Shown here piece after piece: positions 55,638 to 64,000 of a stretch of 64,000 nt of DNA; the first letter of the stretch is position 1, and every line of letters starts with the position of its first letter. The notes below the pieces were generated by a model. That model saw nothing but the letters and a program-made list of their open reading frames with translations, was not told where the DNA came from and made no database searches. The translations under genes and the position numbers were made by a program. The stretch spans positions 8,359 to 72,358 of the forward strand of contig JAJYOP010000006.1 of NCBI GenBank assembly GCA_021796115.1, written 5' to 3'. The stretch comes from a bacterium (GTDB lineage: Bacteria; Omnitrophota; Gorgyraeia; Duberdicusellales; 4484-171).

Positions 55638-56624
55638 ATGAACAAAAAAGTAATACTTAGCGGAATGCGGCCGACAGGCAAGCTTCACCTTGGCCATTGG
55701 GTTGGTGCTCTTTCTAACTGGGTTAAGCTCCAGAAAGATTATCAATGCTTTTTTATGGTGGCTGATTGGCACGCTTTAATGAGTGAATATAAAAATCCAG
55801 CTATATGCAGGGATTCTATGCTGGATAATGTCGCAGATTGGTTGGCTTACGGCATAGATCCAAAAAAATCAGTTGTTTTTGTACAATCAGAAGTAAAAGA
55901 ACATCTTGATCTTTTTGTCATACTTTCAAATTTAACTCCGCTTGGCTGGCTTTATCGCTGCCCTACTTTTAAAGAGCAGATAGAACAACTAAAAGAAAAA
56001 GAAATAAATACCTATTCATTCTTGGGGTATCCGGTTTTACAAGCGGCAGATATACTTTTGTATAAAGCGCATTTTGTTCCGGTAGGAGAAGACCAATTGC
56101 CCCATTTAGAGGTTGCGCGGGAAATCTTACGCCGTTTTCATTATTTATACCAAGCGCAGGTTTTTGTAGAACCCCAGGCGCTTCTTACCAAAGTGCCGCG
56201 GCTTATGGGTCTTGACGGCAGAAAAATGAGTAAAAGCTATAACAATTATATTGCTCTTGATGAAGAGGATAAAACGATTAAGGAAAAAGTTTCGAATATG
56301 ATTACCGATCCGGCAAGGATTAAGAAAGAAGACAAAGGCCACCCGGATGTTTGTAATATTTTCAGCTATTACGGTGTTTTTGCCGAGGATAAAAAAGAGG
56401 AAGTTTATAACTGGTGCACAAATGCTAAAAAGGGATGCGTAGAATGTAAAAAGATTTTTACAGATTTGCTAATTCAATTTGTTGCCCCGCACAGAGAAAA
56501 AAAGAAAGAATTTTTAAAGAAAAACGATTACATCTATGATATACTAAATGAAGGCAATAAGAAGGCGAGAGCGGTTGCGGAAAATACCCTGATTGAGACG
56601 AAAAAAGCAATGGGGTTAGTATGA
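55638..56624 (+). CDS. trpS: tryptophanyl-tRNA synthetase (with C-terminal four-Cys motif)
   Basis: GKLHLGHW (HIGH) and KMSKS motifs. ATG 55638 is preferred because the 55518 start lies inside the hairpin repeat. Confidence 0.9.
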   Translation: MNKKVILSGMRPTGKLHLGHWVGALSNWVKLQKDYQCFFMVADWHALMSEYKNPAICRDSMLDNVADWLAYGIDPKKSVVFVQSEVKEHLDLFVILSNLTPLGWLYRCPTFKEQIEQLKEKEINTYSFLGYPVLQAADILLYKAHFVPVGEDQLPHLEVAREILRRFHYLYQAQVFVEPQALLTKVPRLMGLDGRKMSKSYNNYIALDEEDKTIKEKVSNMITDPARIKKEDKGHPDVCNIFSYYGVFAEDKKEEVYNWCTNAKKGCVECKKIFTDLLIQFVAPHREKKKEFLKKNDYIYDILNEGNKKARAVAENTLIETKKAMGLV

Positions 56625-56816
56625 AATTCCAAATCCCAAATTCCAAGCATCAAATAAATTTCAATGACCAAAATTCCAATGTTCTAAACCGAACCTGTTT
56701 CGGTCATTCGGACATGGAAACTTGGAACTTATTTGGAATTTGTCCTTCGACTACGTTTAGGACAACCCTGGGCAAGTGCAACGCGTCGAAGGGTTGGAGC
56801 TTGGTGCTTGGGATTT
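56624..56816. repeat. ccaaat/atttgg hairpin family, copy 4, carrying a nested 52-nt mini-hairpin (56742-56793)
   Basis: gaaattccaaatcccaaattccaagcatcaaataaatttcaatgaccaaaattccaatgttctaaaccgaacctgtttcggtc...ggaattt[gtccttcgac...gtcgaaggg]ttggagcttgg. Confidence 0.85.
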
Positions 56817-56819
56817 AAC

Positions 56820-57527
56820 ATGAAAATTAGATTAGACATCTTCGAGGGCCCGCTGGATTTACTGCTTTATCTTATCAAAAAAGATCATTTAAACATTTAC
56901 GATATCCCCATAACCGTTGTTGTCGACCAATATTTACAATTTCTGGAACTCATGAAATTTCTGGATATTAATATTGCTTCAGAGTATATGGTTATGGCCG
57001 CAACTCTTATCAATATTAAATCAAAAACGCTTTTACCTAAGCCGCCAGAACCTGAAGAGCCGGAACTTGACCCGCGTGAAGAACTGGTGAAGCGCCTGCT
57101 TGAGTATGAGAAATTTAAAGAAGCAGCCGAATACCTTAAAGAGAAAGAAAGAGATCGTTTGAAATATATAGCCCGGTCGAGTTCGGAAATGGAAAGTAAA
57201 GAGATTTATCTTGAGGCTTCGATATTTGACCTCATAAGTGCTTTTAAGAGTGCGCTTTCCGATGTTCCAAGAGATATTTTCTTTGAAATCATAAAAGATG
57301 AATTTACAGTTGAGCAGAAAATACATGATCTCCTGCATCTGTTCCTGGTAAAAGAGACTGTCTCGCTTCATGATTTGTTTTCTTCCGCAAAAAGCAAACT
57401 GGAAGTGGTTGTAATATTCCTTGCTATATTAGAGCTTATTCGCTTGCGTGAAATAGTCGCCGTCCAAAAAGAGCTTTTTGGTTCGATTTCTCTTGCCAGA
57501 AGGCAAAATGTTGTAGCCTGCCCTTAA
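56820..57527 (+). CDS. scpA: segregation and condensation protein A
   Basis: FEGPLDLLLYLIKK N-terminal signature. ATG 56820 is preferred over the start inside the repeat. Confidence 0.9.
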   Translation: MKIRLDIFEGPLDLLLYLIKKDHLNIYDIPITVVVDQYLQFLELMKFLDINIASEYMVMAATLINIKSKTLLPKPPEPEEPELDPREELVKRLLEYEKFKEAAEYLKEKERDRLKYIARSSSEMESKEIYLEASIFDLISAFKSALSDVPRDIFFEIIKDEFTVEQKIHDLLHLFLVKETVSLHDLFSSAKSKLEVVVIFLAILELIRLREIVAVQKELFGSISLARRQNVVACP

Positions 57528-57562
57528 CAGCCGAAAAACCAAATGGTGAAGGACAATAGACG

Positions 57563-58567
57563 ATGGAGGAGGGACGAGTAGTAGATTATTTACAGGAAAA
57601 TGAGGAAGAGAAGGTAATAAATCTTTCCCTTCGTCCCCAGGGTATTTCTGATTTTATCGGCCAAACAAACGTAATTTCTGCGCTTGAGATAGCTATCCAG
57701 GCGGCCAAGAAAAGAGAAGAGCCGCTTGAGCATGTACTTTTATCAGGCCCTCCCGGGCTTGGCAAAACCAGCCTTGCGTATGTAATCGCTCATGAGATGG
57801 GCGCAAAATTAACTTCTACCAGCGGTCCGGCGATTGAGCGTGCCGGAGATTTAGTCGGTATTCTGACCAACCTCGAAAAGGGCGACATACTTTTTATCGA
57901 TGAAATCCATCGGCTTTCCAAGATAGTTGAAGAATTTTTATACCCGGCAATGGAAAATTTTCAGATTGATTTTGTTATCGATAAAGGGCCATACGCAAAA
58001 AGTGTAAAGTTCAATTTAAAACCGTTTACTTTGGTTGGCGCGACGACAAGGAAAGGTTTGCTTAGTTCTCCTTTACGGGGCAGATTCGGCCTTTTTTATG
58101 ATTTTGATTTTTATACCATCGAAGATCTTGCCAGAATAATTGAACGTAGCGCAAAACTTCTTGATATAAAAATAGATACGGAAAGTTCTCATGAGATAGC
58201 CGGTAGGGCCCGTGGTTCGCCCAGGCTCTCTAACCGCCTGCTAAAGAGAGTAAGAGATTACTCGCAAGTCCGGTCAGAGGGGATTATAAATTTAGAACTT
58301 GCCAAAGAGGCACTTGAGTATTCAAGGATTGATGCCAATGGTTTTGATGATTTGGATAGAAAATACCTTAAGGCATTAATTGAGCTTCACGGCGGCGGTC
58401 CCGCCGGCATAGAAGCGATTGCGGCTTCTTTAGGGGAGGATAAAGGAACTCTTGAGGACGTTGTTGAACCCTACCTTTTAAACAAAGGTTTTATTATACG
58501 GACACCTCGCGGCCGCCAGGTTACCGAATTAACCTACCAGCAGCTAAAAAATAGCTCAAAAAAATAA
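57563..58567 (+). CDS. ruvB: Holliday junction branch migration helicase RuvB
   Basis: GPPGLGKTS Walker A, FIDEIHRL, ATTRKGLLSSPLRGRFG. Confidence 0.95.
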   Translation: MEEGRVVDYLQENEEEKVINLSLRPQGISDFIGQTNVISALEIAIQAAKKREEPLEHVLLSGPPGLGKTSLAYVIAHEMGAKLTSTSGPAIERAGDLVGILTNLEKGDILFIDEIHRLSKIVEEFLYPAMENFQIDFVIDKGPYAKSVKFNLKPFTLVGATTRKGLLSSPLRGRFGLFYDFDFYTIEDLARIIERSAKLLDIKIDTESSHEIAGRARGSPRLSNRLLKRVRDYSQVRSEGIINLELAKEALEYSRIDANGFDDLDRKYLKALIELHGGGPAGIEAIAASLGEDKGTLEDVVEPYLLNKGFIIRTPRGRQVTELTYQQLKNSSKK

Positions 58568-58761
58568 ATCCCTAAAACCCCTTGTTTATCATTGATTTTT
58601 CCGCCAAATAGGCTTTTCTTCAAAACTGTAAACATTTACAAATCCGTAGTTTTTTTATTTTTAACTGGATTTATAAACAGATTTATGCTATATTGTAGTT
58701 GAGGTTAAACATATGATTATCGATAAAAGCCTGGCCGGGGCCAAGGCAGGGAGGTGAATAA

Positions 58762-58980
58762 ATGGCGCAAAAAATTAAACACAGAGATGGATTTATTGGA
58801 TGCCGGACTTCCAGAGCAATTGAAGATAAATTAAAAGAATTTTGTTCAGAGCACAGCCGCGAAGTTAGCGAAGTGATGAATTATCTTTGCAGGTTGTTTA
58901 TCGAAGACGCGTATCAGATTCGTACGAAATTCTTCTTTGGTTCGAACCACCCGGAGAATCCGGAAAAGACTGAAGTCTAA
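58762..58980 (+). CDS. small protein, possibly ribbon-helix-helix DNA-binding
   Basis: IGCRTSRAIEDKLKEFCSEHSREVSEVMNYLCRLFIE fits a beta-strand/helix/helix pattern. gggaggtg SD. Confidence 0.3.
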   Translation: MAQKIKHRDGFIGCRTSRAIEDKLKEFCSEHSREVSEVMNYLCRLFIEDAYQIRTKFFFGSNHPENPEKTEV

Positions 58981-59261
58981 AAGGAAAAGTTACTATCTTA
59001 TGGCTTGTGCTATTTAGATTATTATTCGCGGCGGCAATTTTTCTGGAATTGTGTTTACCGCAAGCAATGTCGCTAACGATGTTACTGCCATATTTTTCTA
59101 AAAAAACCACTTCTTGATTGCGAAAAGGCCATAGGAATTTACCGCTTACAAAACTTCATTTTTTCCTAAGTTGTGGTATAATCTAACCCAATTTTCTTAT
59201 CACAAAAGCGCAAAGGATTTTTTGCAGCTTTGCGGAATTTTACGGTTTAGCGGTGTCAACC

Positions 59262-59489
59262 ATGAACAATTTAGGAAAATCTCTTATAATAATTGGCATT
59301 TTCATAACTCTGGCAGGATTGCTTCTGGTTTTATTCACACGCTTTAAAATTCCTTTCTTGGGAAGGCTTCCCGGCGATATTTTAATCAAAAAAGAAAATT
59401 TTACTTTTTATTTTCCACTGGCCACATCAATTTTGATCAGTGTTATTTTAAGCGCAATTTTATATCTTATTGCAAAGATACATAAATGA
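59262..59489 (+). CDS. DUF2905-family small membrane protein
   Basis: GRLPGDI motif between two TM helices. Confidence 0.7.
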   Translation: MNNLGKSLIIIGIFITLAGLLLVLFTRFKIPFLGRLPGDILIKKENFTFYFPLATSILISVILSAILYLIAKIHK

Positions 59490-59508
59490 CAAAACGATAG
59501 CTGGAGAA

Positions 59509-60899
<1,391 letters not shown>

Positions 60900-60907
60900 T
60901 TTTTTAT

Positions 60908-60960
60908 ACGGATTCAAACGGATGGTTACGGATTCAGCGGATTAATCCGTCCGCATCCGT
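60908..60960. repeat. acggat/atccgt word palindrome
   Basis: acggattcaaacggatggttacggattcagcggattaatccgtccgcatccgt. Shares acggattcaaacggatg with the reverse complement of 62895-62974. Confidence 0.8.
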
Positions 60961-60995
60961 ACTAAATATTTGATATATAATTTTTAGTTTATTCA

Positions 60996-61688
60996 ATGAT
61001 TATTGATATTATAACCATTTTCCCCGAGATGTTTGCGCCGGTAATCAACGAATCGATTATTAAACGGGCGCAAACTAAAGGGCTTCTTAAGATAAATATC
61101 CACGATTTAAGAAAATACACTGATGATCCGCACAAAAAGGTTGACGCACCAGGCTATGGCGGAGGCGGCATGGTTTTCCGGCCGGAGCCGTTTTTTAAAG
61201 CGACAGAATCGATTCTGGGATATAAAATTTATCCCCCGGAAAAAAAAGATAAAAATAAACGGATTATTCTTTTGAGTCCGCAGGGTAAAACTCTAAAACA
61301 GGCAACTGCGAAAAAATTTCTCAATTACGAAAGGCTGATACTTCTTGCGCCGCGCTATGAAGGGGTTGATGAGCGAGTGGCCAGATATTTAGCGGAAGAG
61401 GAAGTTTCTGTCGGTGATTATGTATTAAGCGGGGCAGAGCTTGCAGCCATGCTTTTTGTTGATTGCGTAACCAGGCTTATCCCGGGGGTTGTCTCGGACA
61501 AGGAATCGATAAAGCGGGAAAGTTTTGAGAATAAGCTTCTTGATTACCCGTCTTATACGAGGCCCGAAGATTTTCGCGGCCTGAAGGTGCCGGAAGTTTT
61601 ACTTTCCGGCAACCACGGAAAGATTGATAAATGGCGTGAAGAAAAAGCTTTAGAGGCGACAAAAAAGAAAAGGCCAGATTTATTATGA
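60996..61688 (+). CDS. trmD: tRNA (guanine37-N1)-methyltransferase
   Basis: IFPEMF, GGGGMV, LLAPRYEGVDERV, SVGDYVLSGAELAAM motifs. Confidence 0.95.
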   Translation: MIIDIITIFPEMFAPVINESIIKRAQTKGLLKINIHDLRKYTDDPHKKVDAPGYGGGGMVFRPEPFFKATESILGYKIYPPEKKDKNKRIILLSPQGKTLKQATAKKFLNYERLILLAPRYEGVDERVARYLAEEEVSVGDYVLSGAELAAMLFVDCVTRLIPGVVSDKESIKRESFENKLLDYPSYTRPEDFRGLKVPEVLLSGNHGKIDKWREEKALEATKKKRPDLL

Positions 61689-61727
61689 TAATAACCCCCT
61701 CGCTACGTCCCAAACTTCGTTTGGGAC

Positions 61728-61826
61728 AATTCGACTAGGCTTTTTTGCTTCGCAAAAAAGCAAGTCTCATTGCTCGGGGGTATAATTCGACTAGGCTTTT
61801 TTCGATAGAAAAAAGCAAGTCTCATT
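61728..61826 (+). repeat. two tandem about 44-nt hairpin units separated by 12 nt
   Basis: aattcgactaggcttttttgcttcgcaaaaaagcaagtctcatt / aattcgactaggcttttttcgatagaaaaaagcaagtctcatt. Confidence 0.85.
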
Positions 61827-61893
61827 ATCGCACTAACATTTTTTCTGCGCCACTGGGGGCTTGAAAAAATGTTGTGCTCATTAGGAGGTACAA

Positions 61894-62241
61894 ATGGATA
61901 AACTAATGATGGTGGAAAAGGAATTAAGAGACAGTATGGCAAAGAAATACGGCGCATTCTCACCCGGAGACATTGTCAATGTTTATTACAAGATTCGGGA
62001 AAAAGACAAAGAGAGGATACAGCACCTTGAGGGTATAGTAATAAAAATTCACGGTGCAATGAACCGTAAATCTTTTACTTTAAGAAGAATATCTTACGGA
62101 GAGGCATACGAAATTACTTTTCCGTATTATTCACCGAACATTGATAAGATCGAATTGGTTAAGAAGGCTGCAAAAGCGCCAAGGCGGAATAAACTATACT
62201 ATTTAAGAGAAAGAATTGGGAAGCAGGCAATGACGGTATAA
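61894..62241 (+). CDS. rplS: 50S ribosomal protein L19
   Basis: [29 protein letters not shown] ... [16 protein letters not shown] aggagg. Confidence 0.95.
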   Translation: MDKLMMVEKELRDSMAKKYGAFSPGDIVNVYYKIREKDKERIQHLEGIVIKIHGAMNRKSFTLRRISYGEAYEITFPYYSPNIDKIELVKKAAKAPRRNKLYYLRERIGKQAMTV

Positions 62242-62253
62242 ATTCAGGGTACA

Positions 62254-62298
62254 GGGTAAAGGGTGCAGGGTTCAGTCTTAAAACTGCACCCTTTACCC
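62254..62298. repeat. perfect 15-bp stem hairpin of the cagggt/accctg word family
   Basis: gggtaaagggtgcag (62254-62268) pairs with ctgcaccctttaccc (62284-62298). No T-run follows. Confidence 0.85.
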
Positions 62299-62332
62299 TT
62301 AACCTTCTACTCTGTAAATTATTGGTTCAATT

Positions 62333-62887
62333 ATGATAGTAGGCGTTGACGAAGCAGGCCGCGGGCCATTAGCGGGAGCGGTAACCAGCTGTGCACTTTA
62401 TCTTGAAAAAAATCCGCCTTTAGAAATTAAGGATTCAAAAGAATTAACGCCTCAAGCGCGTGAGAAAATTTTTTGCTGGCTCCAAAATAACGCTCTTTTT
62501 TCAGTAAGTATTGCGACTCATACGGAAATCGACAGGTTCAATATCCTTAACGCAACTTTTTTGTCCTTTGAGCGTTCTATTTCAGGACTCATCAGGCAAG
62601 CGCCGTATTTAAAGAAAGCAATGTTTATCATTGATGGCAATCTCTTTCGGACGAATTTAGATATTAAATACAAATGCATACCGAAAGCTGATAAAACCGT
62701 AAAACAAGTTTCCTGTGCTTCGATAATCGCAAAGGTGACAAGAGACCATTTGATGAATTCGGCCCATTTCCTGTATCCGGAATGGAATTTCGCAAAGCAC
62801 AAAGGTTATCCTACCAAGGAACATTATTCGTTAATAAAGAAATACGCTCTTTCACCGTTACACAGAAGGAGTTTCCGGTTAGGATAG
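62333..62887 (+). CDS. rnhB: ribonuclease HII
   Basis: GVDEAGRGPLAGAV, IIDGN, ASIIAKVTRD motifs. Confidence 0.9.
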   Translation: MIVGVDEAGRGPLAGAVTSCALYLEKNPPLEIKDSKELTPQAREKIFCWLQNNALFSVSIATHTEIDRFNILNATFLSFERSISGLIRQAPYLKKAMFIIDGNLFRTNLDIKYKCIPKADKTVKQVSCASIIAKVTRDHLMNSAHFLYPEWNFAKHKGYPTKEHYSLIKKYALSPLHRRSFRLG

Positions 62888-62894
62888 TTTTTAT

Positions 62895-62974
62895 GGACGG
62901 ATGCAGACAGATGGTTACGGATGCCACGGATGAAATCATCCGTTTGAATCCGTAATAATCCGTGACATCCGCGC
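62895..62974. repeat. acggat/atccgt word palindrome
   Basis: ggacggatgcagacagatggttacggatgccacggatgaaatcatccgtttgaatccgtaataatccgtgacatccgc. Confidence 0.8.
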
Positions 62975-62980
62975 TAACAA

Positions 62981-63328
62981 ATGCAAACGGGTAAATTTTA
63001 CGAAGATAAAGCGGTAGATTACTTACAGTCAAACGGTTACAAAATTTATAAAAGAAATTTTCGCTGCCGTTTCGGAGAAATTGATATAATCGCCAAAAAT
63101 GACAAATATGTCTGTTTTATTGAAGTAAAAGCGAGAAATTACGATTATCTTGTTTCCGGCTTAGAAGCCGTAGATTGCCGAAAGATTGTAAAGATTAAAA
63201 AAACTGCCCTTTTTTATACGGCAAATAAACCGGATGAATTTTATCGGTTCGATGTCCTGGAAATAATCCGGAATAAAGATTACTGGCAATATAATTTAAT
63301 TAAAGGAGCTTTCGACTTTAGCGATTAA
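62981..63328 (+). CDS. yraN: YraN-family (UPF0102) endonuclease-like protein
   Basis: GEIDIIAKNDKYVCFIEVKAR ... RFDVLEI pattern. Confidence 0.85.
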   Translation: MQTGKFYEDKAVDYLQSNGYKIYKRNFRCRFGEIDIIAKNDKYVCFIEVKARNYDYLVSGLEAVDCRKIVKIKKTALFYTANKPDEFYRFDVLEIIRNKDYWQYNLIKGAFDFSD

Positions 63329-63333
63329 AACCC

Positions 63334-63855
63334 ATGCCGAAATACCAAAAAAATCTAAAAAAATATCTAAACGACATTGCTGCAAAAAGACCAGCGCCTG
63401 GCGGAGGAAGCGCTGCGGCTTTATCCTTTTGCCTTGGCTTGGCGCTTATCGAAAAAGCGATGAATTATTCTCTTAATAAAAGCCCGTCATTTAACAAGGA
63501 AATTTTTGCGCTCAAGAAACTACGCAATAACATTGCAGTATATATCAATAAAGACGGCGAGATTTTTGAAAAATTTATGAAAGCCCAGGGCCGGGGGAAA
63601 CTGTATTTTCTTAAACAAAGTAATCACCTGATCCAAAATTTAGGTAATGCCTGTATCAAGAGTTTCTGCCTTGTAAAAAAAGTTGAATCTGGTATAAAAA
63701 AGAGTATAATTAGTGATTTTTATATAGGTTTATATTTTGTAAAATTATCGCTCAAAGCCTGTATTTTAAATCTTAAGGCCAATTCCAGAACCCTGGGCAA
63801 AAAAGATAAACATATCGCAATTTTTACAAATGTTTTAAAAGGGATGGATGTTTAA
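63334..63855 (+). CDS. cyclodeaminase/cyclohydrolase-family protein (FtcD C-terminal / FchA-like)
   Basis: KRPAPGGGSAAALSFCLGLALIEK motif. Followed by folD. Confidence 0.75.
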   Translation: MPKYQKNLKKYLNDIAAKRPAPGGGSAAALSFCLGLALIEKAMNYSLNKSPSFNKEIFALKKLRNNIAVYINKDGEIFEKFMKAQGRGKLYFLKQSNHLIQNLGNACIKSFCLVKKVESGIKKSIISDFYIGLYFVKLSLKACILNLKANSRTLGKKDKHIAIFTNVLKGMDV

Positions 63856-63856
63856 T

Positions 63857-64000
63857 ATGACTAAAATTTTAAATGCCCAAAAATTCTATGATGGCTTTAA
63901 AAATAAATTAAAAAGCGAAATTCATAGCCTGCCCATTCTCGCGCTTGCATCTTTAAGCATAGGGAAAAATTATTCTTGCCAGGTATATCGCGCATCGCAA
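63857..64000 (+). CDS. folD: bifunctional methylenetetrahydrofolate dehydrogenase/cyclohydrolase, N-terminal part (3' end outside window)
   Basis: MTKILNAQKFYDGFKNKLKSEI...LALASLSIGKNYSCQVY resembles the FolD N-terminus. Open to the window edge. Confidence 0.7.
   Translation, partial: MTKILNAQKFYDGFKNKLKSEIHSLPILALASLSIGKNYSCQVYRASQ

Noticed and set aside
58762-59110. Toxin-antitoxin pair (RHH-like 72-aa ORF plus neighbour)
   Set aside because: No plausible toxin ORF lies downstream on the + strand. The overlapping minus-strand 70-aa ORF has no SD or recognisable fold pattern.

Overview
AT-rich bacterial chromosomal segment. Coding is almost entirely on the + strand, with one convincing minus-strand gene. 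Lineage cannot be assigned from sequence alone. Left part (1-43 kb): signalling genes (AraC fragment, HK/RR, PAS-HK, two HD-GYP proteins), a two-subunit 2-oxoacid:ferredoxin oxidoreductase and a polyprenyl synthase/UbiA-type prenyltransferase pair. It also holds a cell-envelope block (membrane proteins, PEGA protein, processive GT2), a LysW-like zinc-ribbon protein, and a KamA-type aminomutase followed by a tightly packed ATP-grasp/PIG-L/ATP-grasp cassette. Further along are a 1073-aa orphan protein, a porin, a truncated SpvB/Tc-like secreted protein with a frameshifted four-helix-bundle gene, three tRNAs and a lower-GC orphan gene. Right part (44-64 kb): conserved housekeeping array uppS-cdsA-dxr-rseP-ispG-(cpaF-like)-proS-rimP-nusA-infB-trpS-scpA-ruvB-tgt-trmD-rplS-rnhB-yraN-fchA-folD. 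The most striking non-coding signal is that nearly every intergenic gap carries long, often nested, imperfect palindromes built from short words and their reverse complements. These fall into several true repeat families. They truncate one gene and create false N-terminal extensions and spurious ORFs in the ORF track. No CRISPR array, rRNA, transposase or integrase was seen. The best candidate for an undescribed system is the LysW-like / KamA / ATP-grasp / PIG-L / ATP-grasp region at 22.3-27.9 kb.
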